Shown here one piece after another: positions 18,385 through 26,843 of a stretch of DNA of 64,000 nt (the stretch's first letter is position 1; each line of letters opens with the position of its first letter). The DNA lies in the IMG/VR virus record IMGVR_UViG_3300029448_004877, positions 7,862 through 71,861 of that record. One strand, written 5' to 3'. The position numbers and the translations under genes were made by a program. This DNA comes from a virus. The notes below the pieces were generated by a model. The model made no database searches. It was given only the letters and a program-made list of their open reading frames with translations, and was not told the origin of the DNA.

Positions 18385-18564
18385 TTAGTCATTTTTGGCA
18401 ATATCTCTGAGAAGCATCATACACTGCTTCGACTCCTCGTGTAAACCCATTCTTGCGAGTGCCGCCGCTGCCCGTGAATATCCCACTATCTGCGAATACC
18501 GATCTAGTGAAGACCACAACCCCGATAAGGGTAAAAATACATAGTTGTTTACTAAGGCTGTCAT
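18385..18564 (-). CDS. Small hypothetical protein
   Basis: 59 aa, TAATG-coupled to the DUF1127 gene. Confidence 0.65.
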   Translation of the reverse strand: MTALVNNYVFLPLSGLWSSLDRYSQIVGYSRAAAALARMGLHEESKQCMMLLRDIAKND

Positions 18565-18788
18565 TAGACCCACCCCCGTAAATTTTCATTTGTCCCGTAG
18601 GCAATAGAATAAATTTCTCCACGACTGATACCCAAATCTTTTAGATCACGATCAGTAAGTTTACTTAGTTCTTTGATTGTTCTTTTGGCTTCTCTACGGT
18701 CAGACCATCGTTTCATTACGCTCATGTAAATATCTACGATGAATGACAAGTTGAGAAAACCAGCGGCAGTAAGTACCATCTGTGTCAT
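18564..18788 (-). CDS. DUF1127 (YjiS-like) small protein
   Basis: RRExxRTIKELSKLTDRDLKDLGISRGEI matches the DUF1127 core; AGGAG RBS. Confidence 0.88.
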   Translation of the reverse strand: MTQMVLTAAGFLNLSFIVDIYMSVMKRWSDRREAKRTIKELSKLTDRDLKDLGISRGEIYSIAYGTNENLRGWV

Positions 18789-18838
18789 TCATTTTCTCCT
18801 GTATATAATGTGTGAAGTTAGCGGTTTGCTAACACATA

Positions 18839-18846
18839 TATTTATA
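18839..18846 (-). promoter_or_regulatory. T4 late promoter
   Basis: TATAAATA upstream of the DUF1127 gene. Confidence 0.7.
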
Positions 18847-18903
18847 CGAGAAAGGTCAATATTACTGATGCATAATTCATATACCCGTGATGCGGTAAAT
18901 GAC

Positions 18904-20133
18904 TTACTTCTGCCAGCCTTTAATAAATTCGTCTGAGAAGTTTGCTTTTGAGAAGCCTAGTCTATCTACTAGCTTGACAGCATTCTTACCCATTCTATCG
19001 ATTGCGACAAAGCCTTCTTGCTCTGTAACTTTATAACCATCTCTTGTTTTTAAGAAAGTGCCTATAGACTTTGCTTTATCTAGCTTACTGATGATACGTA
19101 ATTTTATTTCAACGATCATGTTATACAGTTCAAATAATGCGACAATCTGAGACTTGTCGATGTTTGAAAAATATGCCATCACTTCTTTTCGTCTTTCTGT
19201 TCTACCGGCTTTGCCCTTTTCAGATTTCAGCTTATCAATTTCTTTTTGGTAGTACTCGTAAATCCAGTCTACCATATCAGTGACGAATTTAGACGGATCT
19301 GCAATCTTTTCACCTGCCCGTACTTTTACGTTCAGATATGTTTTGACTCTTGTGAGTAGTTCTTCGTTTTCTGTTATACCATCAAATGTTGCTTTGTTTA
19401 CTTTGTTGAATTGTTTACCGGCGGCTGACAATAACAGAGTAACTGCATCTGTTTCTGTTTGCGTCATTGTAGCATTACCAGTTACATCTTTATATACAGC
19501 ATCTACTGACCAGACCGATCTTGAGTCTTTGAGATTGCTTGCAATCTTCTCTCCAAAAGACGCTGACATTGATTCAAAAGATTTTCCTCTGTAGTTAGTG
19601 TGCCAAACCACACCGATCTCGGATCTGAGGATTTTAGAAGCAAGCGGGCTTTTCGCTGGTATAGCGTAAACAATCGTATTAGGATGAAAAGTAATATACG
19701 ATTCACCATCAATCTGTGCCTTCTTAATATCTTTCTTCGCATAGAGAAAATCACCTTGTATCACTCCTTTAATATTCATAGATGGCAAATGTTTCAATGC
19801 CAAATTCATTTTTATATTCAAATCACCTTTAGTATCAGCATCAACGTCCGCCTTAGTCTTGTAGACCTTTGGGTTCTTGTTGAAGATACCTTTCTTCGCA
19901 ACGAAAAACTTACCGTCTGAGGGATCAATGCCTGCAAATACTGCTGGTGCACCGTCCCACTTGACAGTTACATTGACTGCTGACTTAGATTTACCAGCTA
20001 ACATGTCACGTAAAGAACGTAAATAGTTGATTGATTCTCTTGCACCGTCAACGCCTGCATTCAGGATATTGTCTTCTAGGTGTTCCATGTGTGTGTTTTT
20101 GTCTTCAGTCAAAAATGATGAAAGGCGTTGCAT
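18904..20133 (-). CDS. Conserved marine T4-like protein (DUF6267-like) with ligase-type nucleotidyltransferase motifs
   Basis: KNTHMEHLED, TVKWDGAPA, IQGDFLY, EGFVAID, VKLVDR; start MQRLSSFLTE. Confidence 0.75.
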   Translation of the reverse strand: MQRLSSFLTEDKNTHMEHLEDNILNAGVDGARESINYLRSLRDMLAGKSKSAVNVTVKWDGAPAVFAGIDPSDGKFFVAKKGIFNKNPKVYKTKADVDADTKGDLNIKMNLALKHLPSMNIKGVIQGDFLYAKKDIKKAQIDGESYITFHPNTIVYAIPAKSPLASKILRSEIGVVWHTNYRGKSFESMSASFGEKIASNLKDSRSVWSVDAVYKDVTGNATMTQTETDAVTLLLSAAGKQFNKVNKATFDGITENEELLTRVKTYLNVKVRAGEKIADPSKFVTDMVDWIYEYYQKEIDKLKSEKGKAGRTERRKEVMAYFSNIDKSQIVALFELYNMIVEIKLRIISKLDKAKSIGTFLKTRDGYKVTEQEGFVAIDRMGKNAVKLVDRLGFSKANFSDEFIKGWQK

Positions 20134-20134
20134 C

Positions 20135-20938
20135 TTATGCTCCAAATAATTTCTTTACATCTTCAGGATTATCAAGGCTGTACTTAGACTTAACGTCAGT
20201 CTTCAATCTACCTTGACAACGATATCCAGCACCGACAACACGATAGTCTTCGCCATTAATTTTTCTTGCTTTACTTCCAGATGGTCCTAATCTAAATTCG
20301 ATATTAACAGATCCTTTATATTCTGGAACATCTAGCTTTAATGGATTACTTCCCAGATAAAAGAGACCTGCTTTACCTATCTGAATGTAATACACATTCT
20401 TTCGGTTATATGCTTTGGCAATTGTTCTTGCCGAGTCGAAAGATTGAATTGCGTTCATCTTACCAAGATAGCCAGCTTTCTGTGCCGCTGACCACGCTTC
20501 TTTAGTGACTGAACCGAAAGGAATTGTGTATGGTGTTTTTTTGTGGAATGCTACTGGCTCTTGCTTACGAATAAAGTTGACCCATTCTTTAAGTGCTTTA
20601 TCTTGCTTTTTTGCCGCTTCTATAAAAAATGGAATGGCGTCATCGTCTACCGCATCCGGTTTGACTAAAGTGTGGGTCTTATTTAATGTGTCTATTCGTA
20701 TAGACGTACCGCCCATTTGAGCATTCTTGTCTAGTTTGATTTCGATATTGAATTCTTTACCGTTGTATAATGCTTCAATATCCCCTGCGCCTTGATTGCT
20801 GTATCCTGCACCTGGTTTACTGCCGACATCTAATCCTTGCACACCAGCAGATTTCATTGCATCGAAAACTTTCTTTTCGTATGCTAGTCCTTTTGCACCG
20901 ACTGATTCGGTAATGAAACTTTTAAATCTGACTGTCAT
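20135..20938 (-). CDS. PD-(D/E)xK nuclease-like hypothetical protein
   Basis: YE....GDI....NIEIK arrangement; YYIQIG..GLFYLG; N-terminus MTVRFKSFITE. Confidence 0.6.
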   Translation of the reverse strand: MTVRFKSFITESVGAKGLAYEKKVFDAMKSAGVQGLDVGSKPGAGYSNQGAGDIEALYNGKEFNIEIKLDKNAQMGGTSIRIDTLNKTHTLVKPDAVDDDAIPFFIEAAKKQDKALKEWVNFIRKQEPVAFHKKTPYTIPFGSVTKEAWSAAQKAGYLGKMNAIQSFDSARTIAKAYNRKNVYYIQIGKAGLFYLGSNPLKLDVPEYKGSVNIEFRLGPSGSKARKINGEDYRVVGAGYRCQGRLKTDVKSKYSLDNPEDVKKLFGA

Positions 20939-21990
20939 TTTTTAACCTTAAATTTCGTATCGTTTGGATATTCACCAGCTTTAGAATTTCTTAACTCAAT
21001 TACATAATCTTCAACAGTGTTACTGCATAATATCGTAATCTGCTTAGATTTTGAAGATGGATATCTTATATCATCAATTTTTATATTTTGAGATAACTTA
21101 TCCAACTTTGTCTTACCTAACCAGAAGACCTTCCACCCAGTTCGCATTCGCCTTACATAAAAGTAGTTCATACCCCATGCCCTATTGAAAATCTTTTCGA
21201 TTTCTCTTGCGTTGGCTCTCGGTACTGCGAGTTTCGGTCTAACTTTATTTATATTACCTCGTTCATCAAAGCCAGCTTGCACCTTGTTTAGATCAACTCC
21301 GAACGTTTTTAAGAAGGTTGCACCGGCTGAATTGGGCTGTAAGTTGCCTTCTCTATCAAACAAAGAAGCGGCACCTGAGTATGAACTGAAAGTATTACCG
21401 TTGATATCTTTAAGTGATATGTACCATTCACCACCTTGATTATCTGTTAAGATAATATCTCCGATAATAGCACCTAATTTATCAATTGGCACTCCCTCTT
21501 TCTTTGTGCTACCAGTACGTTGAACTGCACCGACAATCTCTGCGTTAGCGAAGGGAGCATATGACTCGCTCATCATATTTACAACTTCAGAAGTTTCATT
21601 GTCTGTGCGAGTTTTGAAATACGTATCAAGCGTTTTGACTGTTCTTACCTCAAACTTCTCGCCAGCATTCGCACCTCTTGCGATGATGATATCGAACTTA
21701 AGACCGCTAAATGTAAAACTGTAACTAGGAAACTTAGAACTATTTGGAGAAATAGAGTTGAAGGTCACGCTTTCTAAACTAGTGTCCTTACGCAACTGCA
21801 TTTTGAGATGATCTATTACAGCTTGGCTTGTATCGTCATTTTTGTTGATAAGTTGTAGCCTAAACTCACGAACAGACTTATCGTTTGTTCCTGGCTTACC
21901 TTTTGGATACAAAGGAGCGACCCGATAATTCTTTATCTTTACGATAGAGTTCAGGTTTTCTCCGATCTTCTCATATACTTCCATACTCAT
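20935..21990 (-). CDS. PD-(D/E)xK nuclease-like hypothetical protein
   Basis: GEKFE....GDIIL....YISLKD arrangement; ATGA overlap. Confidence 0.55.
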   Translation of the reverse strand: MSMEVYEKIGENLNSIVKIKNYRVAPLYPKGKPGTNDKSVREFRLQLINKNDDTSQAVIDHLKMQLRKDTSLESVTFNSISPNSSKFPSYSFTFSGLKFDIIIARGANAGEKFEVRTVKTLDTYFKTRTDNETSEVVNMMSESYAPFANAEIVGAVQRTGSTKKEGVPIDKLGAIIGDIILTDNQGGEWYISLKDINGNTFSSYSGAASLFDREGNLQPNSAGATFLKTFGVDLNKVQAGFDERGNINKVRPKLAVPRANAREIEKIFNRAWGMNYFYVRRMRTGWKVFWLGKTKLDKLSQNIKIDDIRYPSSKSKQITILCSNTVEDYVIELRNSKAGEYPNDTKFKVKK

Positions 21991-22028
21991 GCGATAGTAG
22001 TCCTCTCGTTTCTACTATTTATGAGCAG

Positions 22029-22460
22029 TCAATTTCTCCTCATTGTCGCATATTCTACGGGGTCTTGATTTCTTGTGACCGGAACGAGATTGGACTTATG
22101 CATTGTGGCGATACCGACGATGTAGTCTCCAGTGTAGACCTGTCTTTCTTTTTTTCTTCCTCCGTCAGGGATTCCAATTCCATCAACTGAGCCCGACGGC
22201 GGGACTGATTTATAATTCTGTTTTGAAACTGTTGGCGGCGGTTCATATGGTACAAACTCCTTCTTTTTGGGCTTTGATCTACCTTGTATATATGCAACGT
22301 AATCTTCTAACACATCGAATTGGCACGAATGCATATTATTGCGTCTCATGTCCTTATTATATTGTCGCCATTGAACCTCAACTTTTTTCATGTCGAGTTT
22401 TTTAGGTTTGCGCCTTTTGGATCTAGGAGCGTAAACTCCTTTAATCATATGCATACTCAT
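22029..22460 (-). CDS. Conserved T4-like hypothetical protein
   Basis: YTGDYIVGIATMHKSNLVPV C-terminal motif recalled from T4-like phages. Confidence 0.75.
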   Translation of the reverse strand: MSMHMIKGVYAPRSKRRKPKKLDMKKVEVQWRQYNKDMRRNNMHSCQFDVLEDYVAYIQGRSKPKKKEFVPYEPPPTVSKQNYKSVPPSGSVDGIGIPDGGRKKERQVYTGDYIVGIATMHKSNLVPVTRNQDPVEYATMRRN

Positions 22461-22498
22461 TGTTTCATTCCTATAATTTACCTCACTATATTTTTAAT

Positions 22499-22527
22499 AT
22501 TATGCACTAATTTTACTTAATTGTCAA
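22499..22527 (-). promoter_or_regulatory. Sigma70-type early promoter
   Basis: TTGACA-17nt-CATAAT. Confidence 0.65.
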
Positions 22528-22566
22528 GTACTTTTTCAAATAATTCTTAGTAGAGTTTATTAAATG

Positions 22567-22574
22567 TATAAATA
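22567..22574 (+). promoter_or_regulatory. T4 late promoter on + strand
   Basis: Perfect TATAAATA pointing into a non-coding structured region. Confidence 0.6.
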
Positions 22575-22579
22575 AGCGT

Positions 22580-22702
22580 ATGGGTGCGTGTGAATGTGTA
22601 ACAACACAAGAGGCAAGTGTGATCGTTTTTAATAGACTCACAGAAGGAATAACTGGGGTAGCATTTCGAATGCAGGTGGGGTTCCTCCCAGTCACGCAAA
22701 CT
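22580..22702 (+). ncRNA. Candidate structured non-coding RNA
   Basis: Closing stem TGCGTG/CACGCA, ACTGGGG/TCCCAGT, AGGAAT/GTTCCT, GCATT-TCG-AATGC; own late promoter and terminator. Confidence 0.55.
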
Positions 22703-22704
22703 AT

Positions 22705-23127
22705 TTAGAGAAGGCAACTTTTTGGTTGCCTTTTCTTTTGGGCAGATTCCTTACGAACTTTCATTTGATAATCTTTTACGGCAGTCTTTATGGCATCCTC
22801 TGCAAGGACTGAACAGTGTATCTTTACTGGTGGGAGAGCAAGTTCTTCGGCTAGTTGTGTATTCTTAATTTGACTCGCATCATCTAGGTTCATGCCTTTG
22901 ACCCACTCAGTCAGAAGACTAGAAGACGCAATAGCACTACCACATCCGTAAGTCTTAAACTTAGCATCAGTGATGATATTATCTTCCACCTTAATCTGAA
23001 GTCGCATGACATCTCCACATGCAGGTGCTCCAACCATACCAGTGCCTACATTAGGATCGTTCTCGTCCATCTTGCCGACATTTCTGGGATTCTCATAATG
23101 ATCTAACACTTGCTTACTGTATGCCAT
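22705..23127 (-). CDS. iscU: Fe-S cluster scaffold IscU
   Basis: MAYSKQVLDHYENPRNVG, GAPACGD, FKTYGCGS, LPPVKIHCS. Confidence 0.95.
   Translation of the reverse strand: MAYSKQVLDHYENPRNVGKMDENDPNVGTGMVGAPACGDVMRLQIKVEDNIITDAKFKTYGCGSAIASSSLLTEWVKGMNLDDASQIKNTQLAEELALPPVKIHCSVLAEDAIKTAVKDYQMKVRKESAQKKRQPKSCLL
22708..22740 (+). terminator. Intrinsic terminator (best on + strand)
   Basis: AAGGCAAC-TTTTTG-GTTGCCTT followed by TTCTTTT. Confidence 0.7.
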
Positions 23128-23139
23128 AAGGCACCTCTA

Positions 23140-23460
23140 TTAAACGTAGAAAGACTCTCCACAGCCGCATTCGCCTGTAACGTTAGGGTTGAGAAATTTA
23201 AACCCAGAGTTCAGACCCTCTTTTACCCAGACCAACTCTGATCCAGCTAAATATGTTTTACTCTTTTCATCTATTATTAACGTTACACCTTGATCATGTA
23301 TAACGGTATCATGTCGATCCATGTTGTATGAATATTCTAGTACGTAAGCCAACCCGCTACAACCAACTGTACGAATTCCAATTCGAATGCCTTCACAGTC
23401 AGGTTTGGCTGCCAGTCGATCTCGCAATGGTTCGTATGCAGATTCGTCTATGGTTATCAT
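23140..23460 (-). CDS. iscA: Fe-S cluster A-type carrier IscA/HesB
   Basis: GCSGLAY, FLNPN, CGCGESF; start MITID at 23460. Confidence 0.92.
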   Translation of the reverse strand: MITIDESAYEPLRDRLAAKPDCEGIRIGIRTVGCSGLAYVLEYSYNMDRHDTVIHDQGVTLIIDEKSKTYLAGSELVWVKEGLNSGFKFLNPNVTGECGCGESFYV

Positions 23461-23461
23461 G

Positions 23462-23641
23462 CTACTTATTATATTCCTTAACAAAAAAGTTTGGCGTATA
23501 TCCATCAAACCCGCTACCAGCATTAAGCGCATTTACCATGCGGTGTGCCTCTTCTTCATTACTAGTTATGTATAGATTTAGTCCAGTGGAGTTTTCTAAG
23601 ACATGAAATTCTTTATCAACCTTCTTCAAAAGGTAAAGCAT
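23462..23641 (-). CDS. Small hypothetical protein
   Basis: 59 aa from MLYLLKK, LNAGSGFDGYTPNFF; TAATG coupling. Confidence 0.65.
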   Translation of the reverse strand: MLYLLKKVDKEFHVLENSTGLNLYITSNEEEAHRMVNALNAGSGFDGYTPNFFVKEYNK

Positions 23642-23967
23642 TACTTTTCCTCTAGCTTTTTGATTCTTGCATCCAACTCCGGCCACACATCAAACTCATG
23701 CAATTCTTTACATGGATGACTATTTGCTTCTAGTTCAGAAATTTTTGCTTCTAGTTCATCGATCTTCTTTGAGACATTTGGATACTTGGTTTTCCAAGCA
23801 ATACTCTCTTTGTCGAGAATATCGATGCCGTATCTTTTAGTTGCCCAGTCTGCGATATCATCAAAGCGATTATAGCACCAGACTCCAGCTCTTGTATCTT
23901 TGAACCACTTAGTTGATGCGGCACCCAAAAGTGACCCCGCAATACTACTTACTATCCACAACCACAT
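23641..23967 (-). CDS. Hypothetical protein with N-terminal membrane anchor
   Basis: MWLWIVSSIAGSLLGAA then coiled coil; AGGAG RBS. Confidence 0.7.
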   Translation of the reverse strand: MWLWIVSSIAGSLLGAASTKWFKDTRAGVWCYNRFDDIADWATKRYGIDILDKESIAWKTKYPNVSKKIDELEAKISELEANSHPCKELHEFDVWPELDARIKKLEEK

Positions 23968-23976
23968 AAGATTCTC

Positions 23977-24054
23977 CTAGCTAACAAGTTTTATTACACG
24001 ATGAATTCTTCCAGATTTCATCAGCTTATCAAATTTTTTCCAATATCTTATCAT
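23977..24054 (-). CDS. Possible 25-aa basic peptide
   Basis: MIRYWKKFDKLMKSGRIHRVIKLVS fills the gap; AAGGA RBS. Confidence 0.4.
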   Translation of the reverse strand: MIRYWKKFDKLMKSGRIHRVIKLVS

Positions 24055-24061
24055 AATTCCT

Positions 24062-25495
24062 TTATTTAAATCCACCGAAGTTTGGTTTTTTGTCTCCGGT
24101 TCTTTTTCTGTACGATACAACACTATCGTTATTACCCTCTTGTTTTTCTTCTCCCATACGACTAGCAAAGTTACCCTTGTCTGCAACAGGTGTATCATCA
24201 ACTAAGTCTTGTGCTGACTCTTCAGCGTCAAATAATTTCATCTTAGATCGATCAATTCCAATTACAAAACGTTTCAGATAGTTTGTATCACCCCATCTGT
24301 TTTTCAATTGCTTTACCATAAGTTGGCCTAAACCTTCTAACTCTTCAGTTGAGATTAACCCAAACATAAAGTCAGCGGTAGCAGGCAGACCAAATGACTC
24401 AGAGGTATCCTCTAAGTTTAAATCTGAACTACTATAACCAGTACGTGTAGTCTGTGTCGCACTTAAGATTGGCACATTAAACTCTACTGCTAAACCACGT
24501 AGTTCTTCAGCAATTGCTTTTATCATAGTATAAGAGTTAACGTTAGCACTCGCCCTCAATCTAGAACTTGTACATATATTTAGATAATCTATATATACAA
24601 TGTCTGGTTGAAAGTTCTTTTTTAGTTTCAATTCATTTAAAAGATGTCTAAAATGTGCAGAACCAGCACTTGCAGTTGGATACTCTTTGACTATCAGCTT
24701 GCCGGTTGTCTTACCTTTGACACGATCAACCCGCTTCATATATACATCTTTAGGTATCTCTTGCAAGGCATCGATAGTGGTATTGAGCAAGTTAGCGTCA
24801 ATACGTTCAGCAATCTTTTCTTCTGCCATTTCCATAGTGATGTATAGAACATTCTTACCGTTCATAAGATTTGCAGATGCACAATGAGTCATGAACAAAG
24901 TTTTACCGACACCAGTACCAGCTAGAGCAATACTCAGAGACTTGCGAGATAAACCACCTTTAGTAATCTTATTGAATAAATCTAAGTCAAACTCTACCTT
25001 GTCTTCTTTCGTGTGGTAGAATTCGTATCGATCTTCAGGCTGTTCAAGAAAGTCGTGACCGATGTTTTGATCAAACGACACGCCGAGTGCCTTAGTTAAT
25101 AGATCAGGAATAGATCCCTTATCTAAGTTGTCGTGATTACCATCTAACACAAGAATGGACTCACGCACAGCATTAAAGACTGCCTTATCTTGACAGAACT
25201 TCTCAGTTTTATCAACAATCCATTCTAAATCAGTTTTAGGATCATATTCTAAAGATTCAATCGTCTCAACTATAGTAGTGTATTGGTCGTCTGATATGTT
25301 GCTTTTTTCATCAATGGCAATCTTTAAGGCGCTTTTTGTAGGCACACTATTATAGTCTGCGATATATTGTGTTATAGTTTTGAACACCGTTTTCTCAGTA
25401 AAGTCACCGAAGTACTCCTCACTGAGAAAAGGTATAACTCTTCGCATATAATCTTCATTATGTAAGAGTCCCGCAAGAACGGTATTTTCAATCAT
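24062..25495 (-). CDS. gp41: Replicative DNA helicase (T4 gp41)
   Basis: LAGTGVGKT, YITMEMAEE, KEYPT, IDYLNIC, SESFGLPATAD. Confidence 0.96.
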   Translation of the reverse strand: MIENTVLAGLLHNEDYMRRVIPFLSEEYFGDFTEKTVFKTITQYIADYNSVPTKSALKIAIDEKSNISDDQYTTIVETIESLEYDPKTDLEWIVDKTEKFCQDKAVFNAVRESILVLDGNHDNLDKGSIPDLLTKALGVSFDQNIGHDFLEQPEDRYEFYHTKEDKVEFDLDLFNKITKGGLSRKSLSIALAGTGVGKTLFMTHCASANLMNGKNVLYITMEMAEEKIAERIDANLLNTTIDALQEIPKDVYMKRVDRVKGKTTGKLIVKEYPTASAGSAHFRHLLNELKLKKNFQPDIVYIDYLNICTSSRLRASANVNSYTMIKAIAEELRGLAVEFNVPILSATQTTRTGYSSSDLNLEDTSESFGLPATADFMFGLISTEELEGLGQLMVKQLKNRWGDTNYLKRFVIGIDRSKMKLFDAEESAQDLVDDTPVADKGNFASRMGEEKQEGNNDSVVSYRKRTGDKKPNFGGFK

Positions 25496-26573
25496 TCGCT
25501 ACTGTCTCCTCGTCAGCGATTTCAACTTGGGTGTCATCATTGATGAGACCCTCACTAGAGGCAATAGTATACACGTTTTCGATGTGTTTGGCAAGACTTG
25601 TTTTTTCAAACATCATAAGCCAGAACTCTTTATTATCAACAATATCTTTTGCCCTCATTAACTTTTCAGTTAACACTTCACCAGTATCAGGATTGACTGC
25701 TTCATACCAGCCTACTTTAGGCTTATGTACAAAACCAGCTTTTTCTGCTACTTCAAGCAGTCCAGACCACTTCATAATACCGCCATCAAACGTGACAGTA
25801 ATTGGAATCTGAGACTTTTCACGCACATGACGAGACTTCTCAATGTTGATGACAAAGTGGTAACCCTTAATCTCAGTGCCTTCTTTATCTTGACGGCGAC
25901 CGATAATCCAAATCGCATCGGCAGAGTAGTATGCACCAGTACCACCAGATACGATATCTTTAGGAAACATGCCAATCTCTTTGTACGTGTGATTAACACA
26001 AATCAAAGGAATATCTTTAAGATTAAGATGCGGAGTTATGATACGAAACAAAGATTTCATCTGCTTTGCACGTGACATATCTGCTACAGACTTACCATCC
26101 ATAGCATCATCTACTTCTTTCTTAGATGCTAAGTTACCAATTGAGTCGATAACAATACAAACGTTGTCATCTTTATTCAAATCATTCAACTGATTTGTAA
26201 TATCAAACTTCAACTGCTCAACGTCAGTGATCGGAGTATGAATGACACGATCCATATCGATACCGAATGACTTGAAATACTCTGGCGGTGTACCAAACTC
26301 TGAATCATAAAACAGAATTACACTATCTTTATATTTCTTTTGGTGTGAGGCAGCCATCAGCAAAGCAAATGCTGACTTAAAGTGCTTAGATGGACCTGCT
26401 AACATCAGCAAGCCTGGACTTAGTCCACCATCTAATCGACCAGACAATGCAACATTTACCATAGGCACAGAAGTTTGTGCCATATCTTTCTTACCAAAGA
26501 CTTTCGAGTCCATGATAGGCGCAGTTGCTTTAATAGTCGAGTTCTTAGCCAATTTTTCCATTAACGATGTCAT
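25488..26573 (-). CDS. uvsX: RecA-like recombinase UvsX
   Basis: AGPSKHFKS, FYDSEFG, IDSIGNLASKKE, ADMSRAK. Confidence 0.96.
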   Translation of the reverse strand: MTSLMEKLAKNSTIKATAPIMDSKVFGKKDMAQTSVPMVNVALSGRLDGGLSPGLLMLAGPSKHFKSAFALLMAASHQKKYKDSVILFYDSEFGTPPEYFKSFGIDMDRVIHTPITDVEQLKFDITNQLNDLNKDDNVCIVIDSIGNLASKKEVDDAMDGKSVADMSRAKQMKSLFRIITPHLNLKDIPLICVNHTYKEIGMFPKDIVSGGTGAYYSADAIWIIGRRQDKEGTEIKGYHFVINIEKSRHVREKSQIPITVTFDGGIMKWSGLLEVAEKAGFVHKPKVGWYEAVNPDTGEVLTEKLMRAKDIVDNKEFWLMMFEKTSLAKHIENVYTIASSEGLINDDTQVEIADEETVAND

Positions 26574-26576
26574 ATT

Positions 26577-26843
26577 CTATTCTCCATTCATAATTTTATA
26601 AAGCTTATCAGCAAACGCATCAATTTTCTCATATCGATTCGGCCAATAAATATAGTCTTTCTCTGGATTCGCTTTCAAGTTATCCAGTAGCGGTATGATG
26701 TTATCATACAGGGTTTTTGCACGTGTGTCAACACTTTTAATCTTTTCTACAAGAACTTCATGTTCCTCGTTTGCTTTTCGAACTGATTCAAGTTCGTGTT
26801 CATCTACGGCTGTAAAGCCAAAATCAAATATATCATCTGTCAT
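26577..26843 (-). CDS. Conserved hypothetical protein
   Basis: FDFGFTAVDE, PLLDNLKANPEKDYIYWPNR; ATGA overlap with gp43. Confidence 0.75.
   Translation of the reverse strand: MTDDIFDFGFTAVDEHELESVRKANEEHEVLVEKIKSVDTRAKTLYDNIIPLLDNLKANPEKDYIYWPNRYEKIDAFADKLYKIMNGE

Noticed and set aside
18847-18903. Pho box upstream of DUF1127 or the PlcP-like cassette
   Set aside because: No convincing CTGTCAT direct repeat found by eye
22513-22695. 60-aa - strand ORF overlapping the candidate ncRNA
   Set aside because: GTG start without an upstream SD, runs into the next promoter, no motifs; RNA structure explains the region better
23977-24201. 74-aa ORF overlapping the gp41 3' end
   Set aside because: Mostly overlaps the helicase; only the last 25 codons with their own RBS are plausible
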